Shown here piece after piece: positions 25,730 to 38,544 of a stretch of 64,000 bases of DNA (its first letter is position 1; the number at the start of each line of letters is the position of its first letter). The notes below the pieces were generated by a model. That model did not search any database, had not been told where the DNA came from, and saw only the letters and a program-made list of their open reading frames with translations. The stretch is from the NCBI RefSeq assembly GCF_030013205.1, contig NZ_CP122648.1, one strand, 5' to 3'. The stretch is from Escherichia coli (GTDB lineage Bacteria > Pseudomonadota > Gammaproteobacteria > Enterobacterales > Enterobacteriaceae). Made by a program: the position numbers and the translations under genes.

Positions 25730-27316
25730 TTATTGCCCGCGCGTTAACTCCCGCGCGGGTAATTGCTCCATCCATTGCATAAACACCTGCGGCGGCATCG
25801 CCTTCGCAAAGAACCATCCCTGGCAATAGCGCACGCCGCGTTTGCGCAGCCAGTTAACCTGTTCCTCAGTTTCGACGCCTTCAGCGATCGTTTTTAACCC
25901 CAGACTGTGCGCCAGCTCGATGATGTGTTCCGCAATCAAATGACTGGTTTTATGGGTGGTCAGCGTCTCAACAAACGATTTATCGATTTTCAAAATATCG
26001 ACATTCAATGATTTAAGGTTATGCAAGTTAGAGTAGCCAATACCAAAATCATCAATTGCCACTTCGTAACCAGCCTGGCGGAACGCCAGAATAATTGGTG
26101 TCATTTTGTCGACATCAAGAAATGCATGTTCAGTCACTTCAAATTTAATTTGCTGTGGACGCACCGCGTATTGCTCTGTTTTCTGATTGGTTCGCGCTAT
26201 CAACCGTGACGTATGAAAATCGGAGGCCGACAGGTTAATAGAAACATAGCGATCGGCATGTGTTGCCAGGTACGCGCCCAGATCGCGGAAGACATTATCA
26301 ATAACATAATCAGTTACCTGTCCGATCATCCCCTCCTTTTCTGCCAGCGGAATAAACTCTGCCGGATTCATTACTTGCCCCTGCTCACCAGGCCAACGTA
26401 ACAATGCTTCAGCTCCGATACATTTTTCTGTTTTGATATCGATTATTGGCTGGTAATAAAGGCAAAGTTGATGTTTTTCGAGGGCGCGTTGCAATTTGCG
26501 TTTGGGAGACAAATAGTTTTGTCGAATACGTAGCCAGAGTAATAACAGAACAAGACTCCCCAAAATACCGGCGGGTAACGCAAAAATAAGATGATTATAA
26601 AAATGCGCTATAAGACGTTGATATGAAGTCGCAACAATGGCTGCAATTGGGCGTTTTGTCGAATAAACTGTCGCATATAAATAGCCATTTCTTTGTACGG
26701 TTAAATCATTCAAATGAATCAGTGGAGAAAACGTTGCTGCCGAGGCCTCGTTGCTTAACGAGAAAAAGGTTTTCGTTACCGTATCATACACACCCCATTG
26801 CAATGTCGGATCATCAGACATCACTTCACTCCAGAAGAGAGGGTTGATGACCACCACATAATTTCCCCGCTGCATATAGGTCATTTTATAGCCAGAGAAA
26901 AAAGGCGTATCGCGGTAATAATAGATAGAAACGTTAGGTTCACGCTTATAATCGGCCGGTGCAATCGTATAGCCGTTTACAGGCGCTATCAGCGATGAGC
27001 ATAAAAAATGGTTATCACGGGCATAGATCAATTCATTAATATAAAGATAGCCACGAATAATATTCAACATTCGCTTTTGATGGGCTGGAGTGCAAACTTG
27101 CCCCTGATAGCGTTCTGCTGCATCGCTCACTAAATCTGCCTGGCGAATGACCAGCTCGGATTTATCCAGCGCCAGCTGAGCAAAAGTTTGGAGCTGACTA
27201 TTCACTTCTGATTTTGCCCAAAGGAAGGCAATCCATAGCGACAGTATGATGGGAAAGAGAACTAAAAAGATAATGCCCGGCAACGCCAGTAATTGGTGTC
27301 GTGCACGATGACTCAT
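25730..27316 (-). CDS. pdeC: c-di-GMP phosphodiesterase PdeC (CSS sensor domain + EAL, 528 aa)
   Basis: Two TM segments flanking a periplasmic domain; C-terminal EAL domain (..EALLRWP.. / EVTEH.. / DDFGIGYS..); start at MSHRARH. Confidence 0.9.
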
Positions 27317-27744
27317 TGCTATCAATTTCCTGCCTGTTTATACCCGGTCATTGCAAGGTGAAAACCCTGGTTACCGACGTCTTTAGATAAATCTTACGGT
27401 ATAAATAGCACTTTTGCCTGATTTGAAATTGATACCTTTTTAATGGTCACCTGAATAAAAATAATTCATTGATATTCAAATTAATTTTCTACAGGAATGC
27501 AGAGGCGGCGGGAAGATATGCCCTTAATGCCACTGAAAAACCACATAATCTGTACGGCAATAAAAGTCACGGCCTAATCTGGCTAACAAACAATCAATTG
27601 TGATATAGTTCACAAAATTAATGAAACAAACAGAGTGTTTCATTTTTGTGTCCTGCAAGCCCCGCGATAGCCAGATTGTATCACGCCTCCCGTGAACAAC
27701 GCCGCGCTGTCCGAGGCATCGGCTCTTTTCAGAGGAATTGTTTG

Positions 27745-28026
27745 ATGGCTACCCTCACCACTGGCGTGGTTCTTCTTCGCTGGCAACTTCTTAGTGCCGT
27801 AATGATGTTTCTGGCCAGCACACTCAACATCCGTTTTCGTCGGTCTGATTATGTCGGGCTTGCAGTGATCAGCAGCGGTCTGGGCGTGGTTTCTGCCTGC
27901 TGGTTCGCAATGGGGTTGCTTGGTATCACAATGGCGGATATCACCGCCATCTGGCACAACATCGAGTCGGTGATGATAGAAGAGATGAATCAGACACCGC
28001 CACAATGGCCAATGATTTTGACTTGA
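27745..28026 (+). CDS. yjcB: Small inner-membrane protein YjcB (93 aa)
   Basis: Start MATLTTGVVLL; two hydrophobic helices; followed by a strong terminator. Confidence 0.75.
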   Translation: MATLTTGVVLLRWQLLSAVMMFLASTLNIRFRRSDYVGLAVISSGLGVVSACWFAMGLLGITMADITAIWHNIESVMIEEMNQTPPQWPMILT

Positions 28027-28032
28027 TATATA

Positions 28033-28061
28033 GAAGCCTCCAAAACGGAGGCTTCTTTTTT
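28033..28061 (+). terminator. Intrinsic terminator after yjcB
   Basis: GAAGCCTCC-aaaac-GGAGGCTTC followed by TTTTTT. Confidence 0.85.
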
Positions 28062-28124
28062 ACGGCTGGCAGATGCTTTAATCATCCACCTTAAAACAAT
28101 ATAACCTATTGTTTTAATGACAAA

Positions 28125-28631
28125 TCAGAACGGAATATCGTCATCAAAGTCCATCGGCGGCTCGTTAGACGGTGCTGCCGGAGCAGACTGCTGCGGGCGA
28201 GACTGCGCGCCGCCGCTGAACTGATTGCCGCCCTGCGGCTGACCACCACCGATATTGCCACCTGCAGGAGCGCCACCACCCTGACGACCACCCAACATCT
28301 GCATGGTGCCACCAACGTTCACCACGACTTCTGTGGTGTAGCGATCCTGACCGGATTGATCGGTCCATTTGCGGGTACGCAGCTGACCTTCGATATAAAC
28401 CTGAGAACCTTTACGCAGATATTCGCTGGCTACTTCTGCCAGTTTGCCGAACAGCACAACGCGGTGCCATTCAGTCTGCTCTTTCATCTCGCCGGTCGCT
28501 TTGTCACGCCAGGATTCGGAAGTAGCCAGCGTAATGTTGGCAACAGCGCCACCATTTGGCATGTAGCGTACTTCCGGGTCCTGACCCAGATTACCAACGA
28601 GAATAACCTTGTTTACGCCTCTGCTGGCCAT
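28125..28631 (-). CDS. ssb: Single-stranded DNA-binding protein SSB (168 aa here)
   Basis: OB-fold core [30 protein letters not shown]...; Gly/Gln/Pro-rich linker; acidic tip MDFDDDIPF. Confidence 0.95.
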   Translation of the reverse strand: MASRGVNKVILVGNLGQDPEVRYMPNGGAVANITLATSESWRDKATGEMKEQTEWHRVVLFGKLAEVASEYLRKGSQVYIEGQLRTRKWTDQSGQDRYTTEVVVNVGGTMQMLGGRQGGGAPAGGNIGGGQPQGGNQFSGGAQSRPQQSAPAAPSNEPPMDFDDDIPF

Positions 28632-28793
28632 GTTCGTGTCTCCTGAAAAAAAATCGTTCTGAATAAGTGTAAACGCGCGATTGTACCATTACCAATAGCG
28701 CTTTTACTATGTTGTGACCTCGGTTCCGGGAAACAAACCTGGCCAGACATTGTTACACAACACTCCGGGTATTGCATTCCAATACTGTATATT

Positions 28794-28813
28794 CATTCAG
28801 GTCAATTTGTGTC
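28794..28813. promoter_or_regulatory. LexA (SOS) box shared by divergent ssb and uvrA promoters
   Basis: TACTGTATATTCATTCAGGT (CTGT-N8-CAG) in the ssb-uvrA intergenic region. Confidence 0.85.
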
Positions 28814-28885
28814 ATAATTAACCGTTTGTGATCGCCGGTAGCACCATGCCACCGGGCAAAAAAGCGTTTAATCCGGGAAAGGTGA

Positions 28886-31708
28886 ATGGATAAGATCGAA
28901 GTTCGGGGCGCCCGCACCCATAATCTCAAAAACATCAACCTCGTTATCCCCCGCGACAAGCTCATTGTCGTGACCGGGCTTTCGGGTTCTGGCAAATCCT
29001 CGCTCGCTTTCGACACCTTATATGCCGAAGGGCAGCGCCGTTACGTTGAATCCCTTTCCGCCTACGCGCGGCAGTTTCTGTCACTGATGGAAAAGCCGGA
29101 CGTCGATCATATTGAGGGGCTTTCTCCTGCCATCTCAATTGAGCAGAAATCGACGTCTCATAACCCGCGTTCTACGGTGGGGACAATCACCGAAATCCAC
29201 GACTATTTGCGTTTGTTGTTCGCCCGCGTCGGTGAGCCGCGCTGCCCGGACCACGACGTCCCGCTGGCGGCGCAAACCGTCAGTCAGATGGTGGATAACG
29301 TGTTGTCCCAGCCGGAAGGTAAACGCCTGATGCTGCTCGCGCCAATCATTAAAGAGCGCAAAGGCGAACACACCAAAACGCTGGAGAACCTGGCAAGTCA
29401 GGGTTACATCCGTGCTCGTATTGATGGCGAAGTCTGCGATCTTTCCGATCCGCCGAAACTGGAACTGCAAAAGAAACATACCATTGAAGTGGTGGTTGAT
29501 CGCTTCAAGGTGCGTGACGATCTTACCCAACGTCTTGCCGAGTCGTTTGAAACCGCGCTGGAGCTTTCCGGTGGTACCGCGGTAGTTGCGGATATGGACG
29601 ACCCGAAAGCGGAAGAGTTGCTGTTCTCCGCTAATTTCGCCTGCCCAATTTGCGGCTACAGTATGCGTGAACTGGAGCCGCGACTGTTTTCGTTTAACAA
29701 CCCGGCAGGGGCCTGCCCGACCTGTGACGGCCTTGGCGTGCAGCAATATTTCGATCCTGACCGCGTGATCCAGAATCCGGAACTGTCGCTGGCTGGCGGT
29801 GCGATCCGAGGCTGGGATCGCCGCAACTTCTATTACTTCCAGATGCTGAAATCGCTGGCAGATCACTATAAGTTCGACGTCGAAGCGCCGTGGGGCAGCC
29901 TGAGCGCGAACGTGCATAAAGTGGTGTTGTACGGTTCTGGCAAAGAAAACATTGAATTCAAATACATGAACGATCGTGGCGATACCTCCATTCGTCGTCA
30001 TCCGTTCGAAGGCGTGCTGCACAATATGGAGCGCCGTTATAAAGAGACGGAATCCAGTGCGGTACGCGAAGAATTAGCCAAGTTTATCAGCAATCGCCCG
30101 TGCGCCAGCTGCGAAGGGACGCGTCTGCGTCGAGAAGCGCGCCATGTGTATGTCGAGAATACGCCGCTGCCTGCTATCTCCGACATGAGCATCGGTCATG
30201 CGATGGAATTCTTCAACAATCTCAAACTCGCAGGTCAGCGAGCGAAGATTGCGGAAAAAATTCTTAAAGAGATTGGCGATCGCCTGAAATTCCTCGTTAA
30301 CGTAGGCCTGAATTACCTGACACTTTCCCGCTCGGCAGAGACACTTTCTGGCGGTGAAGCCCAGCGTATCCGTCTGGCGAGCCAGATTGGTGCGGGCCTG
30401 GTTGGCGTTATGTACGTGCTGGACGAGCCGTCTATCGGCCTGCACCAGCGCGATAACGAGCGCCTGTTGGGTACGCTTATCCATCTGCGCGATCTCGGTA
30501 ATACCGTGATTGTGGTGGAGCACGACGAAGACGCGATTCGCGCCGCTGACCATGTGATCGACATTGGCCCGGGCGCAGGTGTACACGGCGGTGAAGTGGT
30601 CGCAGAAGGTCCACTGGAAGCGATTATGGCAGTGCCTGAGTCGTTGACCGGGCAGTACATGAGCGGCAAACGCAAGATTGAAGTGCCGAAGAAACGCGTT
30701 CCGGCGAATCCGGAAAAAGTGCTGAAGCTGACAGGCGCACGTGGTAATAACCTGAAAGACGTGACGCTGACGCTGCCAGTCGGTCTGTTTACCTGCATCA
30801 CAGGGGTTTCAGGTTCCGGTAAATCGACGCTGATTAACGACACACTGTTCCCGATTGCCCAACGCCAGTTGAATGGTGCGACCATCGCCGAACCGGCACC
30901 GTATCGCGATATTCAGGGGCTGGAGCATTTCGATAAAGTGATCGATATCGACCAAAGCCCAATTGGTCGTACTCCGCGTTCTAACCCGGCGACCTATACC
31001 GGCGTGTTTACGCCTGTGCGCGAACTGTTTGCGGGCGTACCGGAATCCCGTGCGCGTGGTTATACGCCAGGACGTTTCAGCTTTAACGTCCGTGGCGGAC
31101 GCTGCGAAGCCTGTCAGGGCGACGGTGTGATCAAAGTGGAGATGCACTTCCTGCCGGATATCTACGTACCGTGCGACCAGTGCAAAGGCAAACGCTATAA
31201 CCGTGAAACGCTGGAGATTAAGTACAAAGGCAAAACCATCCACGAAGTGCTGGATATGACCATCGAAGAGGCGCGTGAGTTCTTTGATGCCGTACCTGCA
31301 CTGGCGCGTAAGCTGCAAACGTTGATGGACGTTGGTCTGACGTACATTCGCCTGGGGCAGTCCGCAACCACACTTTCTGGTGGTGAAGCCCAGCGCGTGA
31401 AGCTGGCGCGTGAGCTGTCAAAACGCGGCACCGGGCAGACGCTGTATATTCTTGATGAGCCGACCACCGGTCTGCACTTCGCCGATATTCAGCAACTGCT
31501 CGACGTACTGCATAAACTGCGCGATCAGGGCAACACCATTGTGGTGATTGAGCACAATCTCGACGTGATCAAAACCGCTGACTGGATTGTCGACCTGGGA
31601 CCGGAAGGCGGCAGTGGCGGCGGCGAAATCCTCGTCTCCGGTACGCCAGAAACCGTCGCGGAGTGCGAAGCTTCGCATACGGCACGCTTCCTCAAGCCGA
31701 TGCTGTAA
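28886..31708 (+). CDS. uvrA: Excinuclease ABC subunit A, UvrA (940 aa)
   Basis: 940-aa ORF with two ABC ATPase modules ([10 protein letters not shown] and [10 protein letters not shown] Walker A), zinc-finger CxxC pairs, LSGGEAQR signatures. Confidence 0.95.
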   Translation: MDKIEVRGARTHNLKNINLVIPRDKLIVVTGLSGSGKSSLAFDTLYAEGQRRYVESLSAYARQFLSLMEKPDVDHIEGLSPAISIEQKSTSHNPRSTVGTITEIHDYLRLLFARVGEPRCPDHDVPLAAQTVSQMVDNVLSQPEGKRLMLLAPIIKERKGEHTKTLENLASQGYIRARIDGEVCDLSDPPKLELQKKHTIEVVVDRFKVRDDLTQRLAESFETALELSGGTAVVADMDDPKAEELLFSANFACPICGYSMRELEPRLFSFNNPAGACPTCDGLGVQQYFDPDRVIQNPELSLAGGAIRGWDRRNFYYFQMLKSLADHYKFDVEAPWGSLSANVHKVVLYGSGKENIEFKYMNDRGDTSIRRHPFEGVLHNMERRYKETESSAVREELAKFISNRPCASCEGTRLRREARHVYVENTPLPAISDMSIGHAMEFFNNLKLAGQRAKIAEKILKEIGDRLKFLVNVGLNYLTLSRSAETLSGGEAQRIRLASQIGAGLVGVMYVLDEPSIGLHQRDNERLLGTLIHLRDLGNTVIVVEHDEDAIRAADHVIDIGPGAGVHGGEVVAEGPLEAIMAVPESLTGQYMSGKRKIEVPKKRVPANPEKVLKLTGARGNNLKDVTLTLPVGLFTCITGVSGSGKSTLINDTLFPIAQRQLNGATIAEPAPYRDIQGLEHFDKVIDIDQSPIGRTPRSNPATYTGVFTPVRELFAGVPESRARGYTPGRFSFNVRGGRCEACQGDGVIKVEMHFLPDIYVPCDQCKGKRYNRETLEIKYKGKTIHEVLDMTIEEAREFFDAVPALARKLQTLMDVGLTYIRLGQSATTLSGGEAQRVKLARELSKRGTGQTLYILDEPTTGLHFADIQQLLDVLHKLRDQGNTIVVIEHNLDVIKTADWIVDLGPEGGSGGGEILVSGTPETVAECEASHTARFLKPML

Positions 31709-31712
31709 TCGT

Positions 31713-31740
31713 TAAGGCCGCTTTCTGAGCGGCCTTTTCC
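31713..31740. terminator. Bidirectional terminator between uvrA and yjbR
   Basis: AAGGCCGC-tttctga-GCGGCCTT followed by T-rich tract. Confidence 0.8.
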
Positions 31741-31742
31741 TT

Positions 31743-32099
31743 TCAGAGTTGCACCAGCAATTTACGTTTTTCTTCCGGCAGCAAATTCACCGCCTGCTGA
31801 TAAGACGCATCCACCAGATAATAGATTTGCGAATCCGGTAGCGATCCGTCGAGATACACGGTGCTCCAGTGCGCTTTATTCAGATGGCGGCTTGGACGCA
31901 CATCGCTGTGCTGCTGACGTAGCAGCTCCGCCAGCTCCGGGCTGGTTTTCAGCGAAACCGCCGGGCGATTTTCTACTTCTTTCACCATCGCAAACAGTAC
32001 ATCTTCCACTTTGATCTGCGTCGCTTTCCAGTCGTTATGCACGCTCTGTTCTGCGCCTGGTTTTGCCATGCAATATTGTAGCAACTCCGAAATGGTCAT
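31743..32099 (-). CDS. yjbR: YjbR (118 aa, MmcQ/YjbR-family protein)
   Basis: 118-aa ORF in conserved position downstream of uvrA, convergent. Confidence 0.75.
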   Translation of the reverse strand: MTISELLQYCMAKPGAEQSVHNDWKATQIKVEDVLFAMVKEVENRPAVSLKTSPELAELLRQQHSDVRPSRHLNKAHWSTVYLDGSLPDSQIYYLVDASYQQAVNLLPEEKRKLLVQL

Positions 32100-32102
32100 T
32101 TT

Positions 32103-32519
32103 TTACTCCCCTTGTAGTGTCGCGATAATGCGACGCGATCCGCCGTGGATGCGATGTTCCCCCAGCCAGATGCCTTGCCAGGTGCCGGTCTGAATACGCC
32201 CTTTATGCACCGGCAATACAAGCGATGTTCCCAGCATTGAGGATTTGATATGAGAAGGCATATCGTCTGCTCCCTCATAGTCATGCTCATAATTTCCGTT
32301 GTCGGGAACTGTGCGGAGGAAAAAACGCTCCATGTCGTGGCGTACGGTGGGATCGCAGTTCTCATTAAGTGTCAGAGAGGCGGAGGTATGTTGCAACAAC
32401 AGATGCAGTAAACCGATGTTAACGCGCGGCATATCAGCCAGCTGATTCAGAATTTCATCCGTTACCAGATGAAACCCACGAGATTTGGCGCTAAGCGTGA
32501 GCGTCTTTTGATACCACAT
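32103..32519 (-). CDS. yjbQ: YjbQ (UPF0047 family, 138 aa)
   Basis: 138-aa ORF immediately upstream of yjbR on the same strand. Confidence 0.75.
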
Positions 32520-32629
32520 GTGCTGCTCCTTGATAAAACTCTCTTAATCAGTTTGCAGCAAGACAGAGAAAGGATAAAGGTGTGATTAAAAAAACAGCAT
32601 TCGGGAGAGTGTCACGCTCTCCCGCGCTG

Positions 32630-33529
<900 letters not shown>

Positions 33530-33704
33530 TCATCAATGAAGGATACATTAATTTTACGTTTATTATGATGAATCCTCTGCAAATGAGCGAAATTTGATAG
33601 AACATTTATCTGCTGTACGATTTAATGAACTTAATGATACAGCATTACAAAAACAATCGAAGTTTATAAAGATGATTTCTGGTTGACCAGAACCCTACCC
33701 TACA

Positions 33705-34247
33705 ATGGTGACTAATTTTATTACTCTCGAAGGAGATGATGATATGAATATATCATATGTGAATAGCAACAAAATGACATCTTTACCTGTTGAGCTAGAT
33801 GCACTAAATAATAAAGATATCTCTTATTCCAAAGATTTTTCTTATGCCAAAGATTTCTTTTTATATATAGAAACACAGTTAAAAATTGCAAAAGATTTTT
33901 GTAGACCAGGAGAGGAAGTATCAAGATCTATTGCAAATAAAGTTTTTCATGCATTTATTGATTTAGTTAACAAAATCAGAGGCAAGAAAGATTGTATGTA
34001 TATTTGCACACTTTGCTGTTTTGCCGAGGAGGTTAAAGGTGATTATTCTCATTACAGGACCTTTTTATTTGATATTGGTAATCAATATAAGGTTAAACTT
34101 ACACAAAGCGGAAAAAAAGAGTTCTCTTTAACATTAGAATTTAACGATACTATAATTGAATCTCAGAAAGTCACAGGCAATAAGGCAAAGCATATTCTTG
34201 AGGATATAGAAATATTCTATCGTAACAAACCCGATACTTATTATTAA
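33705..34247 (+). CDS. Hypothetical protein in an AT-rich islet (start may be MNISYVN at 33744)
   Basis: 180-aa ORF in a visibly AT-rich ~1.1-kb segment between aphA and tyrB; no recognisable motif. Confidence 0.45.
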   Translation: MVTNFITLEGDDDMNISYVNSNKMTSLPVELDALNNKDISYSKDFSYAKDFFLYIETQLKIAKDFCRPGEEVSRSIANKVFHAFIDLVNKIRGKKDCMYICTLCCFAEEVKGDYSHYRTFLFDIGNQYKVKLTQSGKKEFSLTLEFNDTIIESQKVTGNKAKHILEDIEIFYRNKPDTYY

Positions 34248-34468
34248 ATTTAATAATGGTTAGATGTGCAGAAATTATTACTCCACACGGTAAAACAGGG
34301 AAAAGCACTCCAGAACATTGGGATAAACTTAACAAGTTAGAACTAACAACGTTTTATTACCTCTCACGTAGAACGATGGCATCAAAAAAATCATCTATAA
34401 AGCAAGAGTGAAAGCGACGACAGTTTAATTTCACTGCAGGCTGGATAACTCCAGCCTGCTTTCCTGCA

Positions 34469-35662
34469 TTACATCACCGCAGCAAACGCCTTTGCCACAC
34501 GTTGTACATTTGCCGTATTTAACCCGGCGACACACATGCGACCGCTGGCGATGAGATAGACACCAAATTCTTCACGTAGTCGGTCAACCTGAGCGGCACT
34601 TAAACCGGTATAACTGAACATGCCGCGCTGATTAAGCAGATAATCGAAATTGCGTTCTGGCATCTCTGTGCTTAATACCTTCACCAGTTCCTGACGCATT
34701 GCCAGAATGCGAGTACGCATCTCTTCTACTTCCGCCAGCCAGCTGGCTTTCAATGCCTCGTCATTCAGCACTGCAGCCACCACCTGCGCACCAAAATTCG
34801 GCGGGCTGGAGTAGTTGCGGCGAACTGTTGCTTTCAATTGCCCCAGTACGCGGCCTGCAGCTTCGGCATCTTCACACAGAACAGAAAGTCCGCCAACGCG
34901 CTCGCCGTAAAGGGAGAAAATTTTCGAGAACGAATTGCTCACCAGAGCGGGTAATCCAGCGCTGGCAATGGCGCGAATGGCGTAGGCATCCTCTTCCATA
35001 CCGGCACCAAATCCTTGATAGGCAATATCAAGAAATGGGATAAGCTCGCGGGCTTTGAGAATTTCAATCACCGCATCCCACTGGTTATTAGTGAGATCGG
35101 CACCCGTTGGGTTGTGGCAACATGGGTGGAGCAACACAATACTGCGGGCAGGTAATGTTTTTAGCGTCGCCAACAGGTCATTAAAGCGCACGCCGTTAGT
35201 CGCTTCGTCATACCAGGGGTAAGTACTCACTTCGAATCCAGCCCCGGCGAATATTGCTACGTGGTTTTCCCAGGTAGGATCGCTGACCCAGACGCCTGAT
35301 TCCGGGAAGTAGCGTTTCAGGAAATCTGCGCCCACTTTCAATGCCCCTGAGCCGCCAAGGGTTTGAATGGTTGCTACGCGCTGTTGTTGCAGTACCGGAT
35401 GGTCGGCACCAAACAGCAGCGGCGCAATGGCATGGCGATAGCTATTAAGCCCTTCCATCGGTAAATAAAGCGAAGCGCCATGAGGCTGCGCATTCAGGCG
35501 CGCTTCCGCATCCGCCACGGCTTTCAGTTGGGGAATAATTCCGTCTTCGTTGTAGTACAGACCGATACTTAAATTCACTTTGTCGCTGCGAGGGTCTTCT
35601 TTGAAACGCTCCATAAGCGTAAGAATCGGGTCGCCAGCGTAGGCGTCAACTTTTTGAAACAC
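34469..35662 (-). CDS. tyrB: Aromatic-amino-acid aminotransferase TyrB (397 aa, GTG start)
   Basis: N-terminus [20 protein letters not shown] with GTG start at 35662; PLP-lysine region [14 protein letters not shown]. Confidence 0.9.
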   Translation of the reverse strand: MFQKVDAYAGDPILTLMERFKEDPRSDKVNLSIGLYYNEDGIIPQLKAVADAEARLNAQPHGASLYLPMEGLNSYRHAIAPLLFGADHPVLQQQRVATIQTLGGSGALKVGADFLKRYFPESGVWVSDPTWENHVAIFAGAGFEVSTYPWYDEATNGVRFNDLLATLKTLPARSIVLLHPCCHNPTGADLTNNQWDAVIEILKARELIPFLDIAYQGFGAGMEEDAYAIRAIASAGLPALVSNSFSKIFSLYGERVGGLSVLCEDAEAAGRVLGQLKATVRRNYSSPPNFGAQVVAAVLNDEALKASWLAEVEEMRTRILAMRQELVKVLSTEMPERNFDYLLNQRGMFSYTGLSAAQVDRLREEFGVYLIASGRMCVAGLNTANVQRVAKAFAAVM

Positions 35663-35858
35663 GCGATGGTTCTCCAGGTTTACGGGCAGGTGGTTAAAAC
35701 ACAATAAACCGGAAGAAGGCGAAGATCGAGTGGATGTTCAGGGGCGAACGGCAATTAGCAACAGAGTGAGACTCATGACAAACGTACATCCGCCAGAGGC
35801 ACGGCCTTCATAAGAGCATGAAAGAATATCAACTTATTGAATTGGTAGGATTTTATTG

Positions 35859-35888
35859 GCCGGATAAGGCATTCACGCCGCATCCGGC
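35859..35888. repeat. REP element
   Basis: GCCGGATAAGGCATTCACGCCGCATCCGGC just downstream of alr. Confidence 0.7.
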
Positions 35889-35914
35889 ACAAACAATCAA
35901 ATATTACAGAACGA

Positions 35915-36994
35915 TTAATCCACGTATTTCATCGCGACCCTTGAAGTCAGGCGCGTAATAAGTTCGTAAGCGCTTACTTTCGTCATTTCAGCGATACGTT
36001 CTACGGGCAAACCTTCGCCCCATAAAATGACCGGGTCCCCGGCTTTGTCCTGCGCCTGTGGACCTAAATCTACGCAGATCATATCCATCGCCACGCGCCC
36101 GACAATCGGCACTTCGCGACCGTTCACCAGCACTGGCGTACCCGACGGCGCGGCGCGCGGATAACCATCGCCATAGCCCATCGCGACTACGCCCAGGCGG
36201 GTATCACGTTCGCTTACCCAAGTTCCACCATAACCGACAGGCTCTCCGGCTTTATGCTCACGCACGGCAATCAGGCTGGAGGTTAGTGACATCACTGGCT
36301 GACAGCCAAAATCGGCACCGGTGGAGCGATCTTCCAGCGGAGAGACGCCATAAAGAATGATGCCCGGGCGCACCCAGTCAAAATGCGACTGTGGCCACAG
36401 CAGAATGCCACCCGACGCGGCAATGGAACGTTGACCTGGTTTGCCTTCACAAAAGGTATTAAAGATAGCGAGTTGTTTCTCGGTTGCGTCGCATTTTGGT
36501 TCATCCGCGCGCGCAAAATGGCTGACGATATTCACCGGCTGACGAACGTTTTTGCACTGGGTCAGGCGATGATAAAACGCCTCAGCCTGTTCCGGCCTTA
36601 CGCCCAGACGGTGCATACCGGTATCGAGTTTCATCCAGACGGTAACCGGCTCGTCCAGGCTGGCCTCTTCCAGCGCAGCAAGCTGTTCTTCGTTATGCAC
36701 GGCGGTATGAAAATGTTGCGCAGAAATCGTCGGTAGATCTCTGGCATCAAAAAAGCCTTCGAGTAACAGTACAGGTTTGGTGATTCCCCCCGCACGCAGT
36801 CGCAGAGCTTCTTCGAGACGGGCTACGCCAAAGGCGTCAGCATCGGGGAGCGTTCGCGCGGTCTCAAGAAGACCGTGACCATAAGCGTTCGCTTTCACCA
36901 CCGCAACCATTTTACTGGCAGGAGCCAGTTCACGAAGACGTTGCAGGTTGTGTCGCAGAGCGCGGCGGTTAATCACAACAGTTGCCGCTTGCAT
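35915..36994 (-). CDS. alr: Alanine racemase (biosynthetic), Alr (359 aa)
   Basis: N-terminal PLP-binding region [11 protein letters not shown]; 359 aa; adjacent to dnaB. Confidence 0.9.
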   Translation of the reverse strand: MQAATVVINRRALRHNLQRLRELAPASKMVAVVKANAYGHGLLETARTLPDADAFGVARLEEALRLRAGGITKPVLLLEGFFDARDLPTISAQHFHTAVHNEEQLAALEEASLDEPVTVWMKLDTGMHRLGVRPEQAEAFYHRLTQCKNVRQPVNIVSHFARADEPKCDATEKQLAIFNTFCEGKPGQRSIAASGGILLWPQSHFDWVRPGIILYGVSPLEDRSTGADFGCQPVMSLTSSLIAVREHKAGEPVGYGGTWVSERDTRLGVVAMGYGDGYPRAAPSGTPVLVNGREVPIVGRVAMDMICVDLGPQAQDKAGDPVILWGEGLPVERIAEMTKVSAYELITRLTSRVAMKYVD

Positions 36995-37046
36995 TTGTGT
37001 TCCTTGATAAGTGTTTGCTTTAATTACCTAATTCATAAAATAATTA

Positions 37047-38462
37047 TTATTCGTCGTCGTACTGCGGCCCCGCATAGTTGTCGAAGCGCGACCATTGACC
37101 GTTAAAGGTCAGGCGTACCGTCCCGATTGGGCCGTTACGTTGTTTACCGATAATAATTTCCGCGATGCCTTTTAAATCACTGTTTTCGTGATACACCTCA
37201 TCACGATAGATAAACATGATCAAGTCCGCATCCTGCTCGATAGAGCCAGATTCACGCAGGTCGGAGTTGACCGGGCGTTTGTCGGCACGTTGTTCCAGAG
37301 AACGGTTCAACTGGGACAGCGCCACCACCGGCACGTTCAATTCTTTCGCCAGTGCTTTCAGCGAGCGGGAGATTTCTGCAATTTCCAGCGTACGGTTATC
37401 GGAAAGCGCCGGTACGCGCATCAGTTGCAGGTAGTCGATCATGATAAGCCCGATGCCGCCGTGTTCACGGGCAATACGGCGCGCGCGGGAACGCACTTCC
37501 GTTGGCGTCAGGCCGGAGGAGTCATCGATATAGATATTACGTTTTTCGAGCAAAATACCCATGGTGCCGGAAATACGTGCCCAGTCTTCATCATCGAGCT
37601 GCCCGGTACGGATTTTAGTCTGGTCAACGCGCGACAGCGACGCCAGAGAACGCATCATAATCTGTTCTGATGGCATCTCCAGCGAGAAGATAAGTACAGG
37701 TTTATCCTGCAACATCGCCGCGTTTTCGACGAGGTTCATCGCAAATGTGGTTTTACCCATCGACGGACGCGCGGCGACGATGATCAAATCCGACGGCTGC
37801 AAGCCAGCGGTTTTTTTGTTGAGATCGTCATAACCGGTGTTTACTCCGGTAACGCCATCGTGTGGCTGCTGAAACAACTGCTCAATACGCGCCACGGTTG
37901 CGTCGAGCACATCGGCGATGTTCTTCGGCCCTTCGTCTTTGTTTGCACGACTTTCGGCAATTTTAAAGACGCGGGATTCAGCCAGGTCCAGCAGATCTTC
38001 GCTGGTGCGCCCCTGCGGATCAAAACCGGCTTCGGCAATCTCATTCGCAACCGAAATCATCTCGCGAAAAACGGCACGTTCACGCACGATGTCAGCATAA
38101 GCACTGATGTTCGCCGCACTTGGCGTATTTTTTGACAGCTCCGCCAGATAAGCGAAACCACCGACGCTATCGAGTTGCCCCTGGCGTTCCAGCGATTCCG
38201 CAAGGGTAATCAGATCGATAGGACTACCGCTTTCCTGTAAACGCGCCATTTCAGTAAAGATATGACGGTGTGGGCGGGTGTAAAAATCGTCTGCCACCAC
38301 ACGCTCGGCTACATCGTCCCAGCGTTCGTTATCCAGCATTAAACCGCCCAACACCGACTGCTCCGCTTCGATCGAGTGCGGAGGCACTTTCAGCCCGGCA
38401 ACTTGTGGATCGCGTTCGCGGGGTTCAGCCTGCTGTTTGTTGAAGGGTTTATTTCCTGCCAT
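37047..38462 (-). CDS. dnaB: Replicative DNA helicase DnaB (471 aa)
   Basis: 471-aa ORF; Walker A AARPSMGKTTFA; RecA-like C-terminal domain. Confidence 0.95.
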   Translation of the reverse strand: MAGNKPFNKQQAEPRERDPQVAGLKVPPHSIEAEQSVLGGLMLDNERWDDVAERVVADDFYTRPHRHIFTEMARLQESGSPIDLITLAESLERQGQLDSVGGFAYLAELSKNTPSAANISAYADIVRERAVFREMISVANEIAEAGFDPQGRTSEDLLDLAESRVFKIAESRANKDEGPKNIADVLDATVARIEQLFQQPHDGVTGVNTGYDDLNKKTAGLQPSDLIIVAARPSMGKTTFAMNLVENAAMLQDKPVLIFSLEMPSEQIMMRSLASLSRVDQTKIRTGQLDDEDWARISGTMGILLEKRNIYIDDSSGLTPTEVRSRARRIAREHGGIGLIMIDYLQLMRVPALSDNRTLEIAEISRSLKALAKELNVPVVALSQLNRSLEQRADKRPVNSDLRESGSIEQDADLIMFIYRDEVYHENSDLKGIAEIIIGKQRNGPIGTVRLTFNGQWSRFDNYAGPQYDDE

Positions 38463-38544
38463 AGTGAATGGAGTTACCGAGATAAAGAATGGGTCGAAAC
38501 TTTACCATATGAAGCAGACCCTGACGATACGTTCTGGAGGACAC

